A stretch of DNA of 64,000 nt from an uncultured Bacteroidales bacterium (GTDB taxonomy: Bacteria; Bacteroidota; Bacteroidia; Bacteroidales; UBA932), in assembly GCA_949286415.1 (NCBI GenBank), contig CASEBV010000016.1:12967-76966 (forward strand), read 5' to 3'. A program made the position numbers and the translations under genes. Under the pieces are notes generated by a model. It was given only the letters and a program-made list of their open reading frames with translations. It was not told the DNA's origin and made no database searches. Position 1 is the first letter of the stretch; each line of letters begins with the position of its first letter. Below, in pieces: positions 57,629 to 64,000 of this stretch.

Positions 57629-59569
57629 ATGAAATTCAAGAATATCATGTTTATGGCGGCGGTATCGGCCGCAGTGTCCGTTTCCTGCATCAGGGAAAAT
57701 GGGGTGGTGACACTTCCCTGGCCGTTGGACGAAGGGATTTCCTTTACATTGTCACCGGAAGACTATGCAGGTGCCGGAAATTCCGGCCCTGTTCAATTGA
57801 CATCCGCAGGACCGGACGGATACGACAGGGTGGAGTTCGCGGTTATTGACATGGAAGGGAAGGCCGTGGGCGGATTGAAGGGATTTTATGACCCGCAGTC
57901 ATCGTCTGTCAATATAGAAGGACTCAGGGAAGGAAGTTACAGCCTTCTCGTTCTCGGGGTGAAGGGCGATTATGAGAGGGACGGGGTGGAATTCTTCCGG
58001 ATATCCGATGTCTCCGACACATGGATATCCTTTCCGGAGGATATGGAAAGTGCTCTTTCCGCAGAATATTTCCACTCGTCAACCCCGTTTTCGGTGAAGG
58101 CGGTGCATACTGGTGACGGGAAAGAGTTCGTGGCGGATGTCACCGGGGCGATAAGTCAGAGAAGGGTAGTGGGGAGGCTGGATTTTTCGCATGAATTTGC
58201 AAATCCTCATACTGAATCCGCCGTATTGTCCAATGTGGTGATTCTTGATTCCCCTCGGTTTTTCACCGGAATGTCTGCGGGTGGGGCATTTACCGGCACG
58301 AGCAGCGCCGGACGAATTGTCCTTGATGCAGCGGAGAAGAAGGAGTTTCTTTTCATGCCCACTGTGGAAGGAGAACGCATATCCGGTGAAAATGAAATCA
58401 TTACGAGAGATTACCGAGGGGTGCGGGTCAGACGGGTTTATTCGTTCGCCGGCGCGGGGATCGCCCCGAATCATGTCAATGGAGTGAGAATTGAAGCCGT
58501 GCATCCTGATGATGAGACGGGGACGATGTTCATAACAGAAAAGCATTACATCAAAGGCGGCCACGGTACCATTCTCAGCGACGATGAGCATCATTCCGTA
58601 TATACTGATGCGTCGCAGAGGCGTTTCAATACTTCGGAGCCGCTGCAGATTTCAGTAGAGGAGGGCAGGCTGCATGTGAGGTTTTATTCTCCGAAGCCGT
58701 TGTCCGATGTGCTTGTGAAGGCTGTCTTGCCGGGTACGGACGGAGAATATGTGGATCTGGCATGGTTTGACAGGATTCCGGCGTTCGCTGACTTTTATGA
58801 GACCCTACCCATGGCCATGCGGACAGCCTTGTACAGATCCGAGTCGGGCAGGATTGTGGAGATACCGGCAACTGATGCGCATGACATTTCCATTACCGGG
58901 TTCAAGGTGGAGTCGGATGACCCTTACTGGTCGAAGCTCCAGGATATAAGGCACGGATGGAACATAACCTTTTCCCTCTATGGGGGCGATCCTGACCGTG
59001 AAGACGGCGGTCCGGCGGGAAACTGGATGGGAATACGCCCTGTGCATTGCCGGGAGGCGGTGGCCCTTTTCCTGAATTTCACCTATATGATAGACATGCC
59101 TGAGCATGAAGAGATATTGCAAGAGAACCAGGACCGTCTGTACGGCAACGGCGGGCCTGATGACAAGGTCACTCCGGAGACGGTGCTTGCACAGATGAGA
59201 CAGGAAAGGAGCATAAATGTGGGGCTTGTCTATACCGGGAACGGTGTCCTGGGGCTCGGAGGAGGAAATGTGTTCGGGGCATATCAGGGCGGATGGTTCA
59301 ACCATTATACCTCGGAATACGCCTGCGAGGTGATGTTCCACGAGCTCGGACATGTAATGGGATACAGCCACAGCAGCGCTTTCACATACGGCCCGTGGGC
59401 ACAGGAACTTATGAACAGGTTTTATGTTTCCCACATTTCTTCAATGCCGGTGGATTCTCCGGAGTATCTGGACAGCCGCAACAGTCCGTACCTGTATGCC
59501 TCACAGCCCAAAAGCATCTCTGAGAGCCATGTCAGGATGGGACATGCAGGAATATGCGGGGCGGAATGA
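57629..59569 (+). CDS. lipoprotein: pilin-fold-like N-terminal region fused to a C-terminal metzincin-type zinc metallopeptidase domain
   Basis: Lipobox VSVSC. The motif QRRVVGRLDFS is shared with the downstream paralogs. HELGHVMGYSH (59339-59371) is a perfect HExxHxxGxxH metzincin motif. Confidence 0.65.
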   Translation: MKFKNIMFMAAVSAAVSVSCIRENGVVTLPWPLDEGISFTLSPEDYAGAGNSGPVQLTSAGPDGYDRVEFAVIDMEGKAVGGLKGFYDPQSSSVNIEGLREGSYSLLVLGVKGDYERDGVEFFRISDVSDTWISFPEDMESALSAEYFHSSTPFSVKAVHTGDGKEFVADVTGAISQRRVVGRLDFSHEFANPHTESAVLSNVVILDSPRFFTGMSAGGAFTGTSSAGRIVLDAAEKKEFLFMPTVEGERISGENEIITRDYRGVRVRRVYSFAGAGIAPNHVNGVRIEAVHPDDETGTMFITEKHYIKGGHGTILSDDEHHSVYTDASQRRFNTSEPLQISVEEGRLHVRFYSPKPLSDVLVKAVLPGTDGEYVDLAWFDRIPAFADFYETLPMAMRTALYRSESGRIVEIPATDAHDISITGFKVESDDPYWSKLQDIRHGWNITFSLYGGDPDREDGGPAGNWMGIRPVHCREAVALFLNFTYMIDMPEHEEILQENQDRLYGNGGPDDKVTPETVLAQMRQERSINVGLVYTGNGVLGLGGGNVFGAYQGGWFNHYTSEYACEVMFHELGHVMGYSHSSAFTYGPWAQELMNRFYVSHISSMPVDSPEYLDSRNSPYLYASQPKSISESHVRMGHAGICGAE

Positions 59570-59590
59570 TAAACGGTTTATTGTGAGTAT

Positions 59591-61906
59591 ATGGAAAAGA
59601 AAATTTTGAAGAATATGCTTGTGGGGCTTGTGCTGCCTGTCTTTGCGGCCATGACAGGATGTTCTGACAGGCAGCTTGCCGCTGATACAGAGGGAACATC
59701 TCCCGTGAAGTTCAGGTTCAGGACTTCTGCAATGACGGGGGATGCGTCGGAGGACAGCAGGATAAATGATGTGACAGCCTGCAGGTTCGAAGACGGGATG
59801 CTCATGGAGATTCTCCGGCTTCAGCCGCCTGATGCTTCCGGAATCTGCTCTTTTGAGACAGAGAGGATGTCCGGAATACTGCATGTGATTGCAAATGCCT
59901 CTTTCCTTGAGGCCGCCGGAGACCTTGAGCCGGGGAAAACTACTCTTGCAGACTTCCTCCGGATGGAGGCATCAGCAGATGAAATGACGGCTGACGGGCT
60001 GACTATGACAGGAAAGACCGTCCTCGGCAAGACTGCAGGGACTGTCACGGATGTACAGATGACAAGGAGCGTGGCAAGACTTGACATCTCTTCGGAAGAG
60101 AAGGATGTCTTTGTCCACAGGGTAATCGTCCACGGGCTGCACGACGGGGGGCTGGTCAATCCGCAGGATTCGGATGCATCCGGAGATGATGTACAGGTCT
60201 CCGGTGCAGGAAAGACGGCTGGAATGACCGTGCCGGCCGGCGGTACTGAGCATGTGACGGATTTTTCTGACAGTCCGCTTCACAATTCGCGCAGGACGCT
60301 TGTCTATGTTCCGGAACAGGAAGGCGTGGCCGTATCGGTTGAGGTGACTGCTGCATTCGGAGGAGCGCTTCACCGGCTGACGGCTGAGCTTCCGGCGAAA
60401 ATCCGGAGGAATACGGTCTATACTCTTTCCGTACATGGCAACGGCGCGGGCATTTCGGTCTCTGTCATTGACGGGGATTGGCAATCAGGGGATTCCTCCG
60501 ATTCGTCGCCGTCACTGAAAGGGCTTGTGGATGTGGACAATTCTGTCTTCGGTGACGGAGTGAGGGTGAATGCGACAAGGGATACTGTCTTTGTCGGCCA
60601 TCTTGAGAATGACTTTGTATTGTCCCTGCTTGCGGAGCCTTCTGCGGAGGTGACAGTGGACGGCAAGGTCCGCGGAGTGGAAATCAGCTTCATGCCTTCC
60701 GGAGGAAAGACGCTTGTCCCTGCCGCCGCCGTATCGGTGAGATCGGCTTTACGGATGCCGGGGAGAGGTGCAGAGAGGATTCATCTTGATGTGCGTGAGG
60801 GAAATGTCCATTCCGGAAGGGTGGTGCTGGTGTTCGGTGCCAATCCGGTTAAGATAGACGGTATCCTGAGATTCGATGATGAAGGCATTTGTGATTTCGG
60901 AAGATATGTGGAGGGGGAGTTGGCAGTGATTAGCCTGCCTGAGGGCAGGGAACTAAGCCTTGAATTTGCCGGAGGCGAGAATGCCTGGATGAAGGCGGAT
61001 GAGGTGTCCGGCGGCAAAGATGTACGGAATGCAGGTTCAGGGAAATCATACAGGCTCCTCGGAGGATGGAAGCCAAATGACCCGGAGGCAGACGGGAGAG
61101 TGCAGGAAGGTATTCTGGTAATTTCGGATCCGGACGGTTCGGACAGGGAGACATACGCAGTAAGAAGACTTAACTGGGGGCTTCCGGTGGTGAAGATGGG
61201 GGAGACCTGGTGGTGCAGATACAATCTCCGCGGCAATGTAAGGGATTTTGAGGACCAGATCACCAATGGCATGGATCCGGCCCCGGACGGCGGACTTTAT
61301 GAAATGCTCGCAACCCTTTCCGAAGATGAACTTCTGGAGCTGATGGGAGACCAGTACCAGGCCGGTAATCATGACGGACTGCCGCTGAGCCATGACGGGA
61401 CCGCCTTCTTTCATGAGGGCATGAAGTCCCAGGCGATGAACTTCGGACTTCTGGATCCTGCCGAAATGGCTCCTGAGGGATACAGGATACCTGATTATGA
61501 CGACTATGCGTTCTTTTCAGCAAGCGACAATTTCAATATCGGAGGCATAGGCGAGAGGCCTTTCAACAATATGTCCGGACGGAGGATCAATGTGAGGATA
61601 GCGGAAAGGGAGGTCAATTTCCTCGGACATGAGTACGGCATTCTGTCTTTCTACGACTTCGAGCATGAGGGAAACCATTGGACACTGTTCGGGCTCGGCC
61701 ACCAGTGGAACACGGATCCAGGGAAAATAGCGGTAAAGACCCTGCTGCTTGCCACATACGGGAATTCCGGCAGGACATGGGTCATGGAAGGCTATGCGTC
61801 ATCGGACCGTCCGGGACAGAACTGGATCAAGTTCGCCGAGAACAATTCGGTGAAGACGAGAATGATAAGGTGTGTAAAGACGCCGGTGGAATATATATAC
61901 GAATGA
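59591..61906 (+). CDS. lipoprotein: fimbrillin-like N-terminal module plus a C-terminal FISUMP/DUF1566-like (lectin-type) domain
   Basis: Lipobox AMTGC. Pilin-like motifs TRSVARLDIS and RRNTVYTLSV...DGDW. C-terminal features GETWWCRYNL, APEGYRIPDYDDY and RMIRCVK resemble the Fibrobacter succinogenes major paralogous domain. Confidence 0.55.
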   Translation: MEKKILKNMLVGLVLPVFAAMTGCSDRQLAADTEGTSPVKFRFRTSAMTGDASEDSRINDVTACRFEDGMLMEILRLQPPDASGICSFETERMSGILHVIANASFLEAAGDLEPGKTTLADFLRMEASADEMTADGLTMTGKTVLGKTAGTVTDVQMTRSVARLDISSEEKDVFVHRVIVHGLHDGGLVNPQDSDASGDDVQVSGAGKTAGMTVPAGGTEHVTDFSDSPLHNSRRTLVYVPEQEGVAVSVEVTAAFGGALHRLTAELPAKIRRNTVYTLSVHGNGAGISVSVIDGDWQSGDSSDSSPSLKGLVDVDNSVFGDGVRVNATRDTVFVGHLENDFVLSLLAEPSAEVTVDGKVRGVEISFMPSGGKTLVPAAAVSVRSALRMPGRGAERIHLDVREGNVHSGRVVLVFGANPVKIDGILRFDDEGICDFGRYVEGELAVISLPEGRELSLEFAGGENAWMKADEVSGGKDVRNAGSGKSYRLLGGWKPNDPEADGRVQEGILVISDPDGSDRETYAVRRLNWGLPVVKMGETWWCRYNLRGNVRDFEDQITNGMDPAPDGGLYEMLATLSEDELLELMGDQYQAGNHDGLPLSHDGTAFFHEGMKSQAMNFGLLDPAEMAPEGYRIPDYDDYAFFSASDNFNIGGIGERPFNNMSGRRINVRIAEREVNFLGHEYGILSFYDFEHEGNHWTLFGLGHQWNTDPGKIAVKTLLLATYGNSGRTWVMEGYASSDRPGQNWIKFAENNSVKTRMIRCVKTPVEYIYE

Positions 61907-61954
61907 TTTTTATGAATGAGTTACTTATGAAGACAATTAAAAAAAGGAGAAGAT

Positions 61955-62863
61955 ATGAAGACAAATGTGACAAAAACTGCGGCTATTGCCGCATCGGCAG
62001 GACTTGCGGCAATGGCACTTTCAGTTTCATGTACAAAAGACAGGGTGGCTCTTCCGGATACTGATGGCGGAGCCGCAGGGAGCGTGACGGTGAGGGCGAG
62101 TATCGCCGGATACTATGGCGAGGATCATTCCGCCGGAGCCGGGAATGCGGTCAGGGACCTGCAGGCCTGCATATTCGAGGACGGCAGGATGACCGGCATC
62201 TTTGACAACCTTTCCATGTCCGGGGGCAGCTGCGACCTTGCCATTGACGGGCATTCCGGCACATTGTATATGCTTGCCAATACTGACGGGCTCATTGATC
62301 TTGCCGCGCTCCAGTCCGGGGAAATCTCCGAAGACGAATGGCTCAGGACAACCGTTGCGATGAAAGACGGGGCACCGGCCGATTTCTTCAGCGGAAGTGT
62401 TTCTCTCGACGGGATGGACAAGTCACAGACACGGATTCCGCTTTCGCTCAGGAGAGGAATGGCCAGGTTTGACCTCAAGTTCAATACGGCCGGCAATGCT
62501 GAAGTCCACAGGGTGACTCTCCGCAATGCAGCCGAATCTGTCTTCCTTTTCCCGGTTTCAGGCCAGTATTCCCCGGAAGATGTGTCCAGAAAGGATTATT
62601 CCGCAGAATTCAGGGAGCAGCCGCTCACATCTGATACGGAAGGTGTGCTCCATGTATATGAGCAGAGCACCGGAAACCGTGTAGTGATCAGCGTGGATGC
62701 GGTGATAGACGGGAAGACCGAGGTGCTGACTAAGGAGCTGGAGGAACCCCTCAAACGCAATACAATCTATACTCTGACCTTGCGTAAGGATACCATCGAT
62801 GTGAGCCTTGAAGTGTCTTTTGATGAGTGGGAGCCGGGCAGTGACACGGAACTCATGCCTTGA
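61955..62863 (+). CDS. fimbrillin-like (type V pilin fold) lipoprotein, module only
   Basis: Lipobox LSVSC. Motifs LRRGMARFDLKF, VHRVTLRNA and KRNTIYTLTLRKD (62753-62791) ...FDEWEPG. Length is 302 aa. Confidence 0.6.
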   Translation: MKTNVTKTAAIAASAGLAAMALSVSCTKDRVALPDTDGGAAGSVTVRASIAGYYGEDHSAGAGNAVRDLQACIFEDGRMTGIFDNLSMSGGSCDLAIDGHSGTLYMLANTDGLIDLAALQSGEISEDEWLRTTVAMKDGAPADFFSGSVSLDGMDKSQTRIPLSLRRGMARFDLKFNTAGNAEVHRVTLRNAAESVFLFPVSGQYSPEDVSRKDYSAEFREQPLTSDTEGVLHVYEQSTGNRVVISVDAVIDGKTEVLTKELEEPLKRNTIYTLTLRKDTIDVSLEVSFDEWEPGSDTELMP

Positions 62864-62882
62864 ATGAAAGATGAAATGTATC

Positions 62883-64000
62883 ATGAAGAATTATCTTGAT
62901 CATATTTTGGTGTCAGCGGCATTTCTGCTGTCATCGGTTTCCTGTGACGGCATCCGGAACGGACCGGATGCCGTTCCTGCCGGAGGAGGAACTTTCATGA
63001 CGGAATTTTCCGGATATGCCGGAGAACTTCCGGCCCTCCCTTCCGAAGAACCTGTTTCAGAAATTGCCGCTTTTCATTTTGTCGGAGGCCGTCTTGCCGG
63101 CACATTCCACCCGGAGCCCGGACAGGCATTTGACCTTGCCCTTGAGAAGTTGTCCGGTACCGTGTATGTTGTGGCCGGCACTCCCGGGGCACCGGGGTAT
63201 GAGAAGCCCGGTAGCGGAGTTTCAGAATCAGAATGGCTTCTGTCAGTCGTGTCTGCTGGAGATGCCGGGACCGGGATATTCTATACCGGCAAGGCAGATC
63301 TGGACGGTGCCGTGTCCTCTGTCATACCTGTCAGGCTTGAGAGGGGAGTGGCCAGATTTGACATGGCTGTTGATGTGAAGGGGAGTGCGGAGGTGAAGGG
63401 GATTGTCTTCAGGAATGTAAGGCAGGATGCGTATCTTTTCGCCCCGTCCCTTACCGGAGGAAAGCTGAACCCGGATGATGCATCCGAGGGAAGCATAAGG
63501 GTGGACTTTGATGAGCCGCTGACCTCTTCCCGGGAAGGTATGGCGTACATCCTGCCGCAGGACAATGCTTCGCTGTCAGTGTCGGTGACGGCTGTCGTTG
63601 ACGGCACGGAACATGTGCTGGAGTCGCCGCTGCCTGAGAAGATTTCCAGGAACACCGTATATTCCCTCACCTTGAGGAAGGACAGTGTCGGAGGGAGTCT
63701 TTCCCTTTCCGTGGCCGAGTGGGGTGACGGAGGCGGGACCGGCATGTTTCCCGACAGGGACAGGCCGATTGCAGTGGATCCTGTTTCCGGGGCGTTGCCT
63801 GAGGGAGCCGTACTTTCGGATGACGGCAGGACATTGTCCCTGCCCTACGGCATGTCTGAATTCATCCTCTCGATAGACAGCGATGACGAGCTGGAAGTGC
63901 TTCCTTTTGAAGGGCATCTCCTCAGCATTGCTCCTGCCGGTGACGGCGGTACGGATGTTTCCGGTGGAGCCTCGCTGCAGACTGTCCGTCCGCGAGTCGG
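62883..64000 (+). CDS. fimbrillin-like lipoprotein with a further C-terminal extension (3' end outside the window)
   Basis: Not in the ORF track because there is no stop codon inside the window. My own translation from the ATG at 62883 is open to nt 64000. It gives MKNYLDHILVSAAFLLSSVSC..., then LERGVARFDMAV, VKGIVFRNV and SRNTVYSLTLRKD (63645-63683) ...AEWGDGG. Confidence 0.6.
   Translation, partial: MKNYLDHILVSAAFLLSSVSCDGIRNGPDAVPAGGGTFMTEFSGYAGELPALPSEEPVSEIAAFHFVGGRLAGTFHPEPGQAFDLALEKLSGTVYVVAGTPGAPGYEKPGSGVSESEWLLSVVSAGDAGTGIFYTGKADLDGAVSSVIPVRLERGVARFDMAVDVKGSAEVKGIVFRNVRQDAYLFAPSLTGGKLNPDDASEGSIRVDFDEPLTSSREGMAYILPQDNASLSVSVTAVVDGTEHVLESPLPEKISRNTVYSLTLRKDSVGGSLSLSVAEWGDGGGTGMFPDRDRPIAVDPVSGALPEGAVLSDDGRTLSLPYGMSEFILSIDSDDELEVLPFEGHLLSIAPAGDGGTDVSGGASLQTVRPRV

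Noticed and set aside
58805-59434. 209-aa minus-strand ORF (also 58079-58594, 171 aa)
   Set aside because: Both are antisense within the metzincin-lipoprotein gene, whose frame contains the signal peptide and the HExxHxxGxxH motif.

Overview
Gene-dense chromosomal window that looks like a Bacteroidota (Bacteroidales-type) genome. By eye it is roughly 50% GC. Genes have no Shine-Dalgarno-like leaders, and many are preceded by the Bacteroides-type -7 promoter box TAnnTTTG. Lipoproteins are numerous and there is an ExbB/ExbD cluster. All family assignments come from motifs I recognise in the ORF translations; no database search was run.

Most of the window is housekeeping:
- Translation and RNA: dtd, typA, yceD-like/rpmF, asnS, queA, an RsmF-like methyltransferase, tRNA-Leu(CAG), tRNA-Arg(CCT).
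- Nucleotide and cofactor metabolism: deoC, guaA, udk, dCMP deaminase, pyrE, purB, folP, pncA/pncB.
- Envelope functions: an ExbB/ExbD cluster, an S41 peptidase, an M13 peptidase, an MltF-like transglycosylase, a giant putative porin, and an AmgK/MurU-like peptidoglycan salvage pair.

Two accessory regions stand out:
1. 2.7-8.6 kb is a type V pilus-like locus: an HExxH lipoprotein, a DUF3575 barrel, a DUF3868/OmpA-like lipoprotein and two pilin/anchor-like lipoproteins. The DUF3868-like gene runs in frame, with no stop codon, into the next lipoprotein gene.
2. 57.6-64 kb is a tandem array of four paralogous pilin-fold lipoproteins with different C-terminal extensions. One extension carries a perfect metzincin zinc site and another is FISUMP/lectin-like. 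I consider this the best candidate for an undescribed surface system.

Other points of interest:
- an AmgK-like kinase fused to a RapZ C-terminal-like domain
- an orphan AAA+/DUF4143 ATPase between purB and folP
- a class A beta-lactamase that appears 3'-truncated
- several small repeat or palindrome structures in regulatory gaps

I saw no CRISPR array, rRNA, integrase or transposase.
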